A stretch of DNA of 64,000 nt from an uncultured Acidobacteriota bacterium (GTDB lineage Bacteria > Acidobacteriota > UBA6911). Below the pieces are notes generated by a model. It was not told where the DNA came from and ran no database searches. It saw nothing but the letters and a program-made list of their open reading frames with translations. This document shows positions 40,513 through 52,908 of the stretch, in pieces; the first letter of the stretch is position 1, and each line of letters opens with the position of its first letter. The stretch covers positions 448,001 through 512,000 of the forward strand of contig CAWJKZ010000010.1 of assembly GCA_963843575.1 (NCBI GenBank). Direction: 5' to 3'. The position numbers were made by a program, and so were the translations under genes.

Positions 40513-41826
40513 TCATTTGCCTGGGTCCGTCCCCAGTACTTTGCGGAAGGCGTGGATGATGTCGTCCTCGTCAGATTCGGTCAGGCAGGACGGGATGGGG
40601 ATCAGGATGCTCCGCTCGAAGAGACTGTCCGCTACCGGGCATGTTCCCTTGCCGTAGGTCCGGGCCATGCCGGCGTTTTCCGCGAGCCGCCACGGGAACC
40701 CGCCCTTGTCCAACGACGCGTGCTCGACCAGGCTTGCATTTCTCCAGTACAGGTGCAGGCCCCAGTCTGTCATCACGACGTTGGAGATGCCCTGAGGAAA
40801 CGTCCGGATGCCTTCCGCGCGCAACGCCGAACTCACCTTGCGGGCAGTGTCGCCGTCCGGGTAGGTGGTGATCAGGAAGCAGCCGGTGTCGCCGGCGGGG
40901 TCTTGGATGGTCCGGAGGGTCACCCGAGGGAAGAGGCTCAGGGCTTCGCGGATCCGGTACTTGCTCCGCCGCATGCGGGCGACGGTGGACGGCAGCTTTC
41001 TCAGCTGGACCCGCAGCACGGCGGCCCGCAGCTCGTCCAGCCGGTAGCCTTTTCCCCAGAGGCGCAAGTCCGGGTCGTTCTGCACCGGGCGGCCGTCTTC
41101 GTCGCGGGTGTAGCCCTGATCGTGACAGGCGAATGCCCTGGCCGCGAGCCGTGGATCATCCGTAACGATGCAGCCTCCCTCGCCGGCCGTCATGTTCTTG
41201 TTCATTTGGAAACTGAAGATGCCCATGTCGCCGAAGGTTCCGACCTTCCGTCCGCCGACGGTGCCGCCCGCGCATTGGGCGCAGTCTTCGAGCAGGAACA
41301 GGCCGCGGTCGCGCGCGATCTGCCGCACGGCGACGACGTCACCCGCCGCGCCGCTCATGTGGACCATGATGATCCCGCGGGTTTTGGCGGTGATCTGCCG
41401 CTGCACGGCCTTCGGATCGAGGCAAAAGCTCTGATCGATGTCGGCCAGCACCGGTATCGCCCCCTGGTTGACGACGGCGGCGATGACCGAGACCCACATG
41501 TAGGCGGGGATTATGACTTCCTGTCCCGGGCCGACGCCCAGGGCCGCCAGGGCCGTGTGCAGTGCGCCGGTGCCGCTGCTGACGGCGACGGCATGTCGCG
41601 CACCCGCGAACGCGGCGAAGTCGGCCTCGAATCCGGCCACTTCGTTCTGGAAATCGATGCCGTAGTAGCGGAAGAGGGAACGTGATCTGAGGATGCGGAC
41701 GGCGGCCTCGACTTCCTCGTCGTCCATATGGTGGACGCCGGGGAATTCCAGCGGCAGGGGTTGGGTCCTGACCGGCGTCCCACCGGCCTCCGCGAGGCGT
41801 TCGAACTGGCCTTTTGAATTGGGCAT
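40513..41826 (-). CDS. DegT/DnrJ/EryC1/StrS PLP-dependent aminotransferase
   Basis: SSGTGAL, VGPGQEVIIP, EDCAQ, FSFQMNKNMTAGEGG. Confidence 0.93.
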   Translation of the reverse strand: MPNSKGQFERLAEAGGTPVRTQPLPLEFPGVHHMDDEEVEAAVRILRSRSLFRYYGIDFQNEVAGFEADFAAFAGARHAVAVSSGTGALHTALAALGVGPGQEVIIPAYMWVSVIAAVVNQGAIPVLADIDQSFCLDPKAVQRQITAKTRGIIMVHMSGAAGDVVAVRQIARDRGLFLLEDCAQCAGGTVGGRKVGTFGDMGIFSFQMNKNMTAGEGGCIVTDDPRLAARAFACHDQGYTRDEDGRPVQNDPDLRLWGKGYRLDELRAAVLRVQLRKLPSTVARMRRSKYRIREALSLFPRVTLRTIQDPAGDTGCFLITTYPDGDTARKVSSALRAEGIRTFPQGISNVVMTDWGLHLYWRNASLVEHASLDKGGFPWRLAENAGMARTYGKGTCPVADSLFERSILIPIPSCLTESDEDDIIHAFRKVLGTDPGK

Positions 41827-41916
41827 GAGAGCGCTCCTGTGTGGCGTCAACAAACACGCCCACGATACCCCACCCCCCGCCCGCAGGCAACCCCGCCAAG
41901 TGGGCCGCGGCAATTG

Positions 41917-41995
41917 TGAAGTGCGGCGGCTCGACTGGCTCGCCGCCGTGGCAGCCCGTCGCGCTATTCGACATGGCGCCGAGGCGCCACGCTCC
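41917..41995. repeat. REP family A, degenerate
   Basis: TGAAGTGCGGCGGCTCGAC...GGCGCCGAGGCGCCACGCTCC. Confidence 0.65.
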
Positions 41996-42883
41996 TTACA
42001 GTCCTGACGACTCGCGCACGTCCAGGGCCACGGCCGTCCAGTCCATGTTGCCGCGGCCGCGTGCAACGCCGGCCAACATGCGGTCGCGCAGCAGGCTGGC
42101 CACCGGGAGCGGCACGTGGCTCGCGCCGGCCGTCTTGAGCATCAGGTTGACATCCTTCAGACCGAGTTGGAGCCGGAACCCGGCAGGTTCAAAAGCCCCG
42201 GCCAGGAGCATCCGGCCGTAGTTCTGATAGATGGGGCAGGCAAAGAGAGTCGATCCGAGCAGATCGACTATCCGGGCGGGATCGAGCCCGTTCTTCTCGG
42301 CGAGCGCGAATCCCTCCGCCATGGTCTCGATGGCCGACATGATCCAGAAATTACCCACGAGTTTGGCGACGTTCGCGGCCCCCGGTTCCTCACCCATGTC
42401 GAACACCCGCTGCCCGAGCACTTCTAGGAAGGGGCGCACGCGCGCCTTGGCGTCCACCGGCCCGGAGACGCATATGGCGAGCCTGCGGGCCTCCGCGGCC
42501 TCGGGTCGCCCGAAAACCGGGGCAGCGACATAGGACACCCCGAAGGACGCGTGATGCTGTGCGACGCGGGTGGCCGCCTCGGGCGAGACGGTGCTCATAG
42601 AGACGTGCACGCCGCCAGGCCCAAGCCTTCCGGCCAGGGCGTCCTGGCCGAGTGCAACCTCCAACAGCGCGTCGTCGTCCGCCACCATGGTGAAGACGAT
42701 GCCGCCAGGGGCCGTGGTATCCGCGGGATTCCGGGCAACCGTCGCGCCGATCTCCTGCAGGGGACCGGCCTTTCCGGGGGTCCGGTTGTAGACGCGGAGC
42801 GGGTACCCGGCGCGAGCGAGGTTTAGCGCCATCGGCAATCCCATGTTGCCCAACCCGACAAATCCGACGGTTTCGGTAGACAT
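41996..42883 (-). CDS. NAD(P)-dependent oxidoreductase, 3-hydroxyisobutyrate/6PGD family
   Basis: GFVGLGNMG, VYNRT, HVSMSTVS, APVFGRP, AKLVGN, GLKDV. Confidence 0.93.
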   Translation of the reverse strand: MSTETVGFVGLGNMGLPMALNLARAGYPLRVYNRTPGKAGPLQEIGATVARNPADTTAPGGIVFTMVADDDALLEVALGQDALAGRLGPGGVHVSMSTVSPEAATRVAQHHASFGVSYVAAPVFGRPEAAEARRLAICVSGPVDAKARVRPFLEVLGQRVFDMGEEPGAANVAKLVGNFWIMSAIETMAEGFALAEKNGLDPARIVDLLGSTLFACPIYQNYGRMLLAGAFEPAGFRLQLGLKDVNLMLKTAGASHVPLPVASLLRDRMLAGVARGRGNMDWTAVALDVRESSGL

Positions 42884-43019
42884 GATGTCCTCCCTGTCCG
42901 GGAATCCCCGGCGGGCACGGGGCGCGCGCCTCGCGGTCTCGTCGACGGCACCGCGGTCCCGGCGCGTCCAAGGCACCGCTTGGCGGCGCGGGAACAGCAG
43001 TCGGCGGATGGCTTGAGGG

Positions 43020-43442
43020 TTATTTCTTGAAGAGGTCCAGAAAGGCCTGGCGGTGACTGTGCTCCACCTTCGGAGGAGCGGCGCCGCTGCCCTGCTTCTC
43101 GACCAGGATCTTAGGCGTGAAGAAGGGGCACAGGTTGTTCGTGCTCTTGTTCGTTACACGCATCTCCACCGGCTTGACGCACTCGTTACGCGCGGACGGA
43201 TCGAAGCTCAGGCAATTGCGGCACGTGTGAAGATCGGTGCCGCAGTTACGGCACTTGTCCGTCACCTGGATCTGGTCGGCGATCTGGATTTCGGCGGCGC
43301 AGTTGTTGCAGCGCGTGATGAGGTGGAAGCGGGTTTCGACCCGGCCGCCGGAGCTCTTGGGCCCGTGCGGCTGCGGTCTCGGCCTCTTCTCGCGCTCGCG
43401 GCCGTCGTCCTGGTATCCGCGTTGGCGGTACTTTCTATCCAT
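43020..43442 (-). CDS. Cys-rich hypothetical protein, probably metal-binding
   Basis: CNNC, CRNC, HTCRNC, NEC, NLC; ends AFLDLFKK. Confidence 0.8.
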   Translation of the reverse strand: MDRKYRQRGYQDDGREREKRPRPQPHGPKSSGGRVETRFHLITRCNNCAAEIQIADQIQVTDKCRNCGTDLHTCRNCLSFDPSARNECVKPVEMRVTNKSTNNLCPFFTPKILVEKQGSGAAPPKVEHSHRQAFLDLFKK

Positions 43443-43906
43443 CTGTGTCTACCCTTTGGAAAGAGAACTCCACTGAGTGCATCAGCGGGTGTAATACGAC
43501 ATAAAGCCGACCTGTAGCTGGGTGTCCAGTAATGCTTGTTCGGTACGGACAGGAGATACGTCGCGGCAACCGCCCGGGAGCGCGGGGCGTCGTGCCCCGC
43601 CGGAGAGGACGCCACTGTCAAGCCAGCAAGAACCGGGAAAACCTATGACCGGGGAACAGACGGCCCGGAACGGGCAACCGCCCACAAGTAGAAAGATGCA
43701 CGGTTCCACGATTTGTTTCAGGGCGGTATGCCAGGGAACTTCGGAAATTGTACCCTAACACAGAAACGATCGTATTACCAGTAATCTGCGCTAACCTGGA
43801 CACGATATTTTGGGTCGTTCCTTACCAGCCGCCCCAAAATCAGTGCTTCTCATTGCATGTTATCATATCCGGGCTTCGCACATCCTTGCACAGGAGCACC
43901 TTTTTG

Positions 43907-45073
43907 ATGTCCGGCGCGGCTGCACCCCCGCTGAAGATCGCGATCGTGTTCGGCACGAGGCCGGAGGCGATCAAACTCGCGCCGGTCATCCGCCGGCTCA
44001 AGGGGCAACCGGCGCGATTCCGGGTGATGACGGTCGTCACGGCTCAGCACCGGGAAATGCTGGACCAGGTGCTCGAGCTGTTCTCGATCCGGCCGGACCA
44101 TGACCTCGACATCATCCGGCCGCGGCAAAGCCTGGCGGAGATCACGGCGCGCGCGGCAACGGGTCTCGACGGGGTGCTCTCGGCTGATAGGCCGGATTTT
44201 GTCGTCGTCCAGGGAGACACGTCGACGACATTCCTGGGCGCCCTGGTGGCCTTCTATCACAAGATCCCGATCGCCCACGTCGAGGCAGGCCTGCGGACGC
44301 GCCGTAAGTTCCACCCTTTCCCGGAAGAGATCAACCGCCACCTCACCACCGTGCTCGCCGATCTGCATTTCGCCCCGACCGGTCAATCCCGCGACAACCT
44401 GCTGGCCGAGCACGTCGACCCGGATCGGATCTGGGTGACCGGCAACACCGTCATAGACGCTCTGCAGGACGTGCTGCGCTGGGGGCGCCCCTGCGAGCAC
44501 CCGGTGCTGCGCCGGGCCGCCGGCGAACGCCGCCGCATGATACTGGCGACCTCCCACCGCCGCGAGAACCAGGGAGCGCCGCAGGAGCAGATCTGCGAGG
44601 CGCTCCTGGAGATCGTGAAGCGTTTTCCCGACACCCTGATCGTCTTTCCCGTGCACCTGAGCCCGGCGGTGCGCGACACCGTCCTGCCGCGCCTCGGGCG
44701 CCACGACAACGTCGTCCTGCTGGAACCGACCAACTATTTCGAGACCGTCCACTTCATGAAGAACGCATACCTGATCCTGACCGACTCCGGTGGAATCCAG
44801 GAAGAGGCGCCCGCGCTCGGCAAACCGGTGCTCGTGCTGCGCGACACCACCGAACGCCCAGAAGGCGTGGCCGCCGGTACGGTCCGGCTGGTCGGGACCC
44901 ACACTCGCGCCATCGTCGACGCCGCGTCGGAACTGCTGGCGGATCCGTCCGCATATCGCCGCATGTCGGAAGCCGTCAATCCCTACGGCGACGGGTTGGC
45001 TTCCGAGCGCATCGTGCAGGCCCTGGAGCACGCGGCAGGCCGCGGGCCGGCCCCCGCCCCCTTTAATCCGTGA
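43907..45073 (+). CDS. wecB: UDP-N-acetylglucosamine 2-epimerase (non-hydrolysing)
   Basis: FGTRPEAIKLAP, QGDTST, HVEAGLR, TDSGGIQEEAP, NPYGDG. Confidence 0.96.
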   Translation: MSGAAAPPLKIAIVFGTRPEAIKLAPVIRRLKGQPARFRVMTVVTAQHREMLDQVLELFSIRPDHDLDIIRPRQSLAEITARAATGLDGVLSADRPDFVVVQGDTSTTFLGALVAFYHKIPIAHVEAGLRTRRKFHPFPEEINRHLTTVLADLHFAPTGQSRDNLLAEHVDPDRIWVTGNTVIDALQDVLRWGRPCEHPVLRRAAGERRRMILATSHRRENQGAPQEQICEALLEIVKRFPDTLIVFPVHLSPAVRDTVLPRLGRHDNVVLLEPTNYFETVHFMKNAYLILTDSGGIQEEAPALGKPVLVLRDTTERPEGVAAGTVRLVGTHTRAIVDAASELLADPSAYRRMSEAVNPYGDGLASERIVQALEHAAGRGPAPAPFNP

Positions 45074-45082
45074 GCAAGTATT

Positions 45083-45172
45083 TGGAGTGCGGCGCCTGGG
45101 CGCCGCTTTACGCTGCAATCAACAGCCGACATGCCCGGCGCCTCGCTGGCGGCGCCGAGGCACCGCACTCCA
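45083..45172. repeat. REP family A, doublet between convergent genes
   Basis: TGGAGTGCGGCGCCTGGGCGCCGCTTT...GGCGCCGAGGCACCGCACTCCA. Confidence 0.9.
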
Positions 45173-45174
45173 TT

Positions 45175-47118
45175 CTATTGGAGCGAGGCGAGTTCGGACT
45201 GCAACCGCTCCCACTCCACCATGTGGCGGTTCAGCTCCTCCTGCAGGCGGTCGTGCTCCTCCATCGTGCTCCGGAAGAGCGTGTAGTCGCGGTACAGCTC
45301 CTCAGAGGCCAGCATTCGCGAGAGCACCGCGATGCGGGTTTCGTGCGTCTGGATCAGGGATTCCAGCCCGCCGATCTTGTCCGAAAGGGCCCGGATGCGG
45401 TAGGGATTCACCTTCTTTTTCCTGCCGGGCGCGGCGCCTTCGGCCCCGTTTCCCCCGGTTTCAGGGACGGCTGTATCCTCCTTCGGCGGTTCGCGCCGGG
45501 CGACTTCCTCGAGGTTGCGCTTCTTCCGGGCCAGATAATCCTCGTAGTTCCCCAGGGAGGCGATCGCCTTTCCCTCGCCGATTTCGAGCACCTTCGTCGC
45601 CAGGCCGTCGAGGAAATAGCGGTCGTGGCTCACGAAAACGAGGGTCCCGCCATACTCGCGCAGCGAGTCCATCAGGATGTCCTTCGACCGGATGTCGAGG
45701 TGGTTCGTCGGCTCGTCGAGCAGGAGGCAGTTGGCCGGAGAGAGCAACAGCTTGCAGAGCACGAGCCGGCTGCGCTCGCCGCCGCTGAGCACCGAGACGG
45801 GCTTCTCGATGGAGTCGCCCGAGAACAGGAAGCAGCCGAGCAGCGTGCGCAGCTGCGGCATTATGTAGTCTGGCGCGACGGAATAGACTTCGTCCCAGAC
45901 GGTCTTGCCCGACGCCAGCAGGTCGTCCTGGTCCTGCGAGAAGTAGGAGACCATGACGTTGTGCCCCTCGGTCCGGCTCCCGCAGGAGAGTGGCAGCCTC
46001 CCGGCCAGGATCTTCATCAGGGTCGACTTCCCGGCGCCGTTGGGGCCGACGAGCGCCACCCGTTCCCCTTTTTCGAGGATCAGGTCGAGGTCGCGGAACA
46101 CGGGATCGCCGCCGTAGCCTGCGGTCACGCGGGCGAGCTCCAGCACGACGCGGCCGGTGCGCGGGCCTTCGGGGAAGCGGAAGTGGATCGGTTTCGCCTC
46201 CGGCGGGATCTCGATCCGCTCCATGCGCTCGAGTTCTTTGAGGCGGCTCTGCACCTGCGCGGCCTTGGTCGCCTTGTACCGGAACTTATCGGCGAACGCC
46301 CGGATGCGGGCGATCTCCTTCTGCTGGGCTTCGTAGGCCGCGACGAGCTGCGTCATGCGCAGCTCGCGCTGGGCGAGGAACTGCTCGTAATTCCCCTTGT
46401 AGAAGTGGACCGCACGGTGGCGGATTTCCACGATCCGGTCGATGGTGGCGTCGAGGAAGAAACGGTCGTGCGAAACGAGGACGAGGGCGTGCGGGTAATT
46501 CTGGAGGAAGTCCTCGAGCCAGTTGCGGGCCTCGAGGTCGAGGTGGTTGGTCGGTTCGTCGAGCAGCAGGAGGCTGGGAGACTGGAGCAGCAGGCGCGCC
46601 AGTGCGATTCTCATCTGCCACCCGCCGCTGAACTCCTCGCAGGGGCGCTGCCAATCCCTTTGCCCGAAACCCAGGCCGTCGAGCACGGAACCGACTTTGG
46701 CGTCGACGCTGTAGCCGTCGTGCAGCCGGAACTGCTGCGAGACTGAGGCGTAGCGCTCGAGGGTCCTGTGGTACTCGGGGCTGGCGTGGTCCATGTCGGC
46801 CATTTCGTGCTCGAGGCGGCGGCTCTCGGATTCCAGGGCCTTGAGGTTCTGAAATACGGCCGAGGCTTCCTCGAACACCGTTCGGCCCCGCGCAAACAGC
46901 CCGTCCTGGGGTAGGTAGCCGAAGGTTAGGTCGCGCGCGCCGATCACCTCGCCCTCGTCGGGCGCAACCAGTCCGGACAGCATCTTCATAAGGGTGGACT
47001 TGCCGGTCCCGTTGTCGCCGACCAGGCCGATGCGGTCGCGCTCGTTGATCTGAAAATCGAGCGCGCGGAACAGCCAATCGCCGCGAAAGGCCTTGCCCAG
47101 TCCCTTGATTTGCAGCAT
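45175..47118 (-). CDS. ABC-F family ATP-binding protein
   Basis: Two ABC domains (GDNGTGKST, FSGGWQMR, GPNGAGKST, LSGGERSR, DEPTNHLD twice), no TM, C-terminal coiled coil. Confidence 0.96.
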   Translation of the reverse strand: MLQIKGLGKAFRGDWLFRALDFQINERDRIGLVGDNGTGKSTLMKMLSGLVAPDEGEVIGARDLTFGYLPQDGLFARGRTVFEEASAVFQNLKALESESRRLEHEMADMDHASPEYHRTLERYASVSQQFRLHDGYSVDAKVGSVLDGLGFGQRDWQRPCEEFSGGWQMRIALARLLLQSPSLLLLDEPTNHLDLEARNWLEDFLQNYPHALVLVSHDRFFLDATIDRIVEIRHRAVHFYKGNYEQFLAQRELRMTQLVAAYEAQQKEIARIRAFADKFRYKATKAAQVQSRLKELERMERIEIPPEAKPIHFRFPEGPRTGRVVLELARVTAGYGGDPVFRDLDLILEKGERVALVGPNGAGKSTLMKILAGRLPLSCGSRTEGHNVMVSYFSQDQDDLLASGKTVWDEVYSVAPDYIMPQLRTLLGCFLFSGDSIEKPVSVLSGGERSRLVLCKLLLSPANCLLLDEPTNHLDIRSKDILMDSLREYGGTLVFVSHDRYFLDGLATKVLEIGEGKAIASLGNYEDYLARKKRNLEEVARREPPKEDTAVPETGGNGAEGAAPGRKKKVNPYRIRALSDKIGGLESLIQTHETRIAVLSRMLASEELYRDYTLFRSTMEEHDRLQEELNRHMVEWERLQSELASLQ

Positions 47119-47294
47119 GATTTCCTCAAAATTTTTAATTTTAGCATAACCTTCTTTGAGCTCCCGCTGTCGAGTCGCACCCCGACGCGGCCACGGAGTA
47201 CGAGGGGTCCGCGGGCAAGCGACCGGTGGGAGGTACGGGGATACAAGGATCGTCTCCGCGGCCTCAGGGGCCTCGGCGAGCTTCGGTTTCGGTG

Positions 47295-47984
47295 ATGGGG
47301 AAAATCGCGGTAGTGCTCGTCAGCGGGGGCATCGATTCGACCACGACGCTCGCGCTGGCAGGGGCTCAGGGGTTCGAGACCTGCGCCCTGACCTTCGACT
47401 ACGGGCAGCGGCACCGGCAGGAACTGGAAGCCGCGCGCCGGGTGGTCGGGCACCTCGGGGCGGTGCGCCACGTCGTCGCGGCGCTCGACCTGCGGTCGAT
47501 TGGCGGCTCGGCCTTGACCGCCGACATCCCGGTGCCCAAGGGGAGGCCGCTCGACCGGATGGCGGCAGAGATCCCCGTCACCTATGTGCCCGCCCGCAAC
47601 ACCATCTTCCTCGCCCTCGCGCTGGGCTGGTGCGAGGCGCTCGGCGGTGAAGACATCTTCATCGGCGCGAACGCGGTGGATTACTCGGGCTATCCCGACT
47701 GCAGGCCGGAGTTCCTCAGGCAGTTCGAAGCGCTCGCGCGGGTGGCCACACGCGACGGCGTTCAGGGGCGCGCGCATTACCGGGTTCACGCCCCGTTGCT
47801 GCAGATGACCAAGGCGCAGATCATCCGCACTGGTATCGATGCAGGAGTCGATTTTTCGCTCACCCACAGCTGCTACGACCCCACCGACGCGGGACTCGCG
47901 TGCGGCGCCTGCGATTCCTGCCGCCTGCGCCGCGAGGGGTTTGCGCAGGCGGGGGTGCCCGACCCGACGCGCTACAGCGCGTGA
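47295..47984 (+). CDS. queC: 7-cyano-7-deazaguanine synthase
   Basis: [32 protein letters not shown]...CGACDSC. Confidence 0.96.
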   Translation: MGKIAVVLVSGGIDSTTTLALAGAQGFETCALTFDYGQRHRQELEAARRVVGHLGAVRHVVAALDLRSIGGSALTADIPVPKGRPLDRMAAEIPVTYVPARNTIFLALALGWCEALGGEDIFIGANAVDYSGYPDCRPEFLRQFEALARVATRDGVQGRAHYRVHAPLLQMTKAQIIRTGIDAGVDFSLTHSCYDPTDAGLACGACDSCRLRREGFAQAGVPDPTRYSA

Positions 47985-48008
47985 CACTCGTCAACGGGGG
48001 AAGCAAGC

Positions 48009-48548
48009 ATGGGTTATGTTCGGCCGGCCGTACCGGTGAAACTGTTTGTCGGGATCCTCTCGTCGCTCGACGCAGCGCCGGCACAGGCGGAAGCGCGGTT
48101 GTCCGGCCTGTTCGGCAGCATCGACCTGCGCAGCGGACCGTTCCCCTTCGACGCGACCGCCTATTACGACGAGGAGATGGGCACGCCCATCGAGCGCCGC
48201 TTCGTCGCCTTCGAGCGGTTGATCGATCCTGCTGAAATCGCGAAAATCAAGCTTCGCACCAACGAACTGGAAATGGCCCTGCGGCCGGATTTCGTTGCCG
48301 TGCGGCGGCCGGTGAACCTGGACCCTGGCTACGTCGAACTCTCGAAAGTCGTTCTCGCTTCGACGAAGAATTTCTACCACCGCATCCTGCTGGCAGCGGG
48401 CATTTATGGGGAGGTGACGCTGCACTACGAGGCCGGCGCCTGGCGCAGTTTCCCGTGGACGTTCCCTGATTTTCGCAGCGGGCGATACATCGAGTTTTTC
48501 GACACGCTGCGGGCTCGATATCGCAGCCAGCTGGCCTCCGTGTCCTGA
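48009..48548 (+). CDS. DUF4416 family protein
   Basis: YYDEEMG, RPVNLDPGY, LASTKNFYHRI, WTFPDF. Confidence 0.88.
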   Translation: MGYVRPAVPVKLFVGILSSLDAAPAQAEARLSGLFGSIDLRSGPFPFDATAYYDEEMGTPIERRFVAFERLIDPAEIAKIKLRTNELEMALRPDFVAVRRPVNLDPGYVELSKVVLASTKNFYHRILLAAGIYGEVTLHYEAGAWRSFPWTFPDFRSGRYIEFFDTLRARYRSQLASVS

Positions 48549-48646
48549 GCGTTTGGCTTGGTGGTAGATTTTGAGATTTGAATTCGCTACTATTCCGTCC
48601 GGTCCTGTACCGTCTTCGGGCGCGGGACCGTCATTGCATCGGCTGC

Positions 48647-48739
48647 GGAGAGGTGCTGGAGTGGCCGAACAGGGCTGCCTGCTAAGCAGTTACACTGGCA
48701 AAACCGGTGTCGGGGGTTCGAATCCCCCCCTCTCCGCCA
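48647..48739 (+). tRNA. tRNA-Ser (GCT)
   Basis: Acceptor stem GGAGAGG/CCTCTCC, anticodon arm CTGC-CTGCTAA-GCAG, long variable arm, GGTTCGAATCC, 3' GCCA. Confidence 0.97.
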
Positions 48740-48820
48740 CAACCTTCCAATCCCACTTCGAGATTCTTCGAGTCCCTGGAGCATCCGAGGTGAGTCTTTC
48801 CCTCGAAAAGCGTGCAAGAC

Positions 48821-48870
48821 AGCGGCGCCCAGGCACCGCGCACAAAGCGGCGTCGAGCCGCCGCACTCCA
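48821..48870. repeat. REP family A, partial copy
   Basis: AAAGCGGCGTCGAGCCGCCGCACTCCA preceded by GCGGCGCCCAGGCACCGC. Confidence 0.85.
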
Positions 48871-48889
48871 TAAGCCCAAAGACAGGAAG

Positions 48890-50208
48890 ATGCCCATGCC
48901 TGCTTTCCCGAATGTCCCCAGGATCCCGTTCGAAGGGTCAAAATCCACAAACCCGCTCGCGTTCAAACACTACGACGCGGAGGAACTCGTCGACGGCAAA
49001 GCGATGAAAGACCACCTGCGCTTCGCCGTGGCGTACTGGCACACGATGCGCGGCAGGGGCAGCGACCCTTTCGGTCCCGGCACGGCCGTCCGGCCCTGGG
49101 ACGACGGGTCGGAATCGGTCGCAAACGCGCAGAAGCGTGTGAAGGCGGCGTTTGAGTTCATCGAGAAGCTCGGCGCGCCCTTCTATTGCTTCCACGACCG
49201 CGACGTGGCACCCGAGGGCAAGTCTCTGAAGGAGACCAACAAGAACCTCGACGCCGTCGTCAAGACGCTCAAAGCCGAACAGAAACGCACCGGCATCCGA
49301 GCTCCTCTGGGGCACGGCCAATCTCTTTTCGCAATCCCCGGTACCTCCACGGCGCCGCGACCAGCTGCAACGCCGACGCGTTCGCTTTCGCCGCTGCGCA
49401 GGTCAAGAAGGCGCTGGAGGTGACGCTCGAACTCGGCGGCGAAGGGTACGTGTTCTGGGGCGGTCGCGAAGGGTACTGGACCCTGCTCAACACCGACATG
49501 CAACGCGAACTCGATCACCTCGCCAGGCTGCTGCACATGGCCGTGGACTACAAGAAGGAGATCGGCTTCAAGGGGCAGTTCTACATCGAACCGAAGCCGA
49601 AGGAACCGACGAAGCACCAGTACGATTCCGATGCGGCCGCGTGCCTGAATTTCCTGCGGCAATACGATCTTCTGGGCGATTTCAAGCTCAACATCGAGAC
49701 CAACCACGCCACGCTGGCCGGCCACACGGTCCAGCACGACCTGATCACCGCCGCTTCGGCGGGCGCCCTCGGGTCGGTCGACGCCAACTACGGCGACGTG
49801 ATGCTCGGCTGGGATACCGACCAGTTCCCGACCGACATTTACGTCACGACGCAGATCATGCTGGTGGTGCTCGACATAGGCGGGTTCACGACGGGCGGCC
49901 TCAATTTCGACGCCAAGGTCCGGCGCGAGAGCTTCGAACCGGTGGACCTGTTCTACGCCCACATCGGCGGCATGGACGCGTTTGCCCGCGGGCTGAAGAT
50001 CGCAGCGGCGATTCGCAGGGACGGGCGGCTCAGCGCATTCCGCAGACAGCGCTACGCCTCGTGGGATAGCGGCGTCGGCGCCGATATCGAATTGGGTAAG
50101 GTCGGACTGAAGGAACTCGAAACCTATATGCTCAAAAAAGGCGACGCAGCGCCAAACGTCAGCGGCCGGCAGGAGTACCTGGAAAACCTGATCAACGAGT
50201 TCATCTGA
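48890..50208 (+). CDS. xylA: Xylose isomerase (class II), frameshift near 49300-49330
   Basis: [58 protein letters not shown]. Confidence 0.95.
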
Positions 50209-50214
50209 GTCGTG

Positions 50215-50323
50215 TGGAGTGCGGCGCCTGGCCGCCGCTTTCGCTTGGTTCCTAAGGCGGGGATACCCGGCGCCTAGGCGTCGGGACCAAAGCGGCGTCG
50301 AGCCGTCGAGCCGCCGCACTCCA
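50215..50323. repeat. REP family A, doublet in opposite orientation to 16784-16882
   Basis: Near reverse complement of the 16784 copy, with a short GTCGAGCC duplication. Confidence 0.92.
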
Positions 50324-50331
50324 AAGCGTCC

Positions 50332-50366
50332 ACCGTTGGACAGTCTGTGAAAGCCCGGACCCACTT
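50332..50366. repeat. REP family B, half unit
   Basis: ACCGTTGGACAGTCTGTGAAAGCCCGGACCCACTT matches 25922-25955. Confidence 0.8.
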
Positions 50367-51295
50367 CAGGACTTGGGTCCCGGGATGTCGTGTAGGAGGA
50401 ATGGCGTCGACTGGTAAACGTGGTAGTTGAGCCAGTTGGCATAGAGCAGGTGCGCGTGGCCGCGCCAGCGCACCCGGGGCTCGCTCCTGGGGTCGTCCGC
50501 AACGTAGTAGTTCGCGGGGATGTTTATGGGAAGCCCCTTCCCGACATCCCGGTCGTATTCTCCCTTCAGCGTGAACGGGTCGTACTCCGAGTGGCCCGTG
50601 ACGTAGATCTGGCGGCCGTCCCGGGAAGCCAGGATATAGACGCCGGCCTCCTCCGATTCGGCCAGCAGCTTTATGTCGGGGACCTTGTCGGTGTCCTCGC
50701 GCCGGATTTCGGTGTGGCGCGAGTGCGGCGCGAGAAACTCGTCGTCGAAACCGCGCAGCAGCTTCTCATTCCTGCTCGTGACGCGGTGACGGAAAACCCC
50801 GAACATCTTCCGGGCCAGGGGGTACTTCGGGACGCCGTACCGGTGGTACAGGCCGGCCTGCGCACCCCAGCAAATGTGAAACGTGGAGTAGACGTTCGTC
50901 TCGGACCAGTCCATGACCTCGCGCAGTTCGTCCCAGTAATCGACTTCCTCGAAGGGGAGCTGCTCGACGGGCGCCCCCGTGATGATCAGCCCGTCGAAAC
51001 GCTGGTCCTTGATGTCGTGGAACTTTTCGTAATGGTTCAGCAGGTGCTCCTGTGGCGTATTTTTCGACTCGTGCGTCTCCATGTGCAGCAGCGTGATCGC
51101 GACCTGGAGGGGCGAGTTGCCCAGCAGCCGCAGCAGCTGCGTCTCGGTCGAGATCTTGGTCGGCATGAGATTCAGGATGGCGACCTCCAGAGGGCGGATG
51201 TCCTGGTGAACCGCGCGCTCCTCGCCCATCACGAATATATTCTCGCCCTCCAGGACCGCGCGCGCGGGCAGAGTATCCGGAATCTTGACGGGCAT
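50366..51295 (-). CDS. metA: Homoserine O-acyltransferase (MetA family), probably acetyl-specific
   Basis: QDIRPL, LNLMPTK, TGAPVEQ (Glu at the specificity position), ICWGAQA, PHSRH, GHSEY. Confidence 0.95.
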   Translation of the reverse strand: MPVKIPDTLPARAVLEGENIFVMGEERAVHQDIRPLEVAILNLMPTKISTETQLLRLLGNSPLQVAITLLHMETHESKNTPQEHLLNHYEKFHDIKDQRFDGLIITGAPVEQLPFEEVDYWDELREVMDWSETNVYSTFHICWGAQAGLYHRYGVPKYPLARKMFGVFRHRVTSRNEKLLRGFDDEFLAPHSRHTEIRREDTDKVPDIKLLAESEEAGVYILASRDGRQIYVTGHSEYDPFTLKGEYDRDVGKGLPINIPANYYVADDPRSEPRVRWRGHAHLLYANWLNYHVYQSTPFLLHDIPGPKS

Positions 51296-51329
51296 CGCAA
51301 TTGTCTCCTCTGAAAAAGTCCGGACCCGG

Positions 51330-52908
<1,579 letters not shown>

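Noticed and set aside
47119-47294. preQ1 riboswitch upstream of queC
   Set aside because: No preQ1 stem-loop with an A-rich tail; only divergent promoter-like sequence.
47295-48548. queC as part of a Qat/Dpd defence or DNA-modification system
   Set aside because: Canonical length and motifs, with no TatD, ATPase or dpd partners nearby.
48647-48870. tRNA-Ser as an integration site for a genomic island
   Set aside because: No integrase and no duplicated tRNA 3' end seen in the window.
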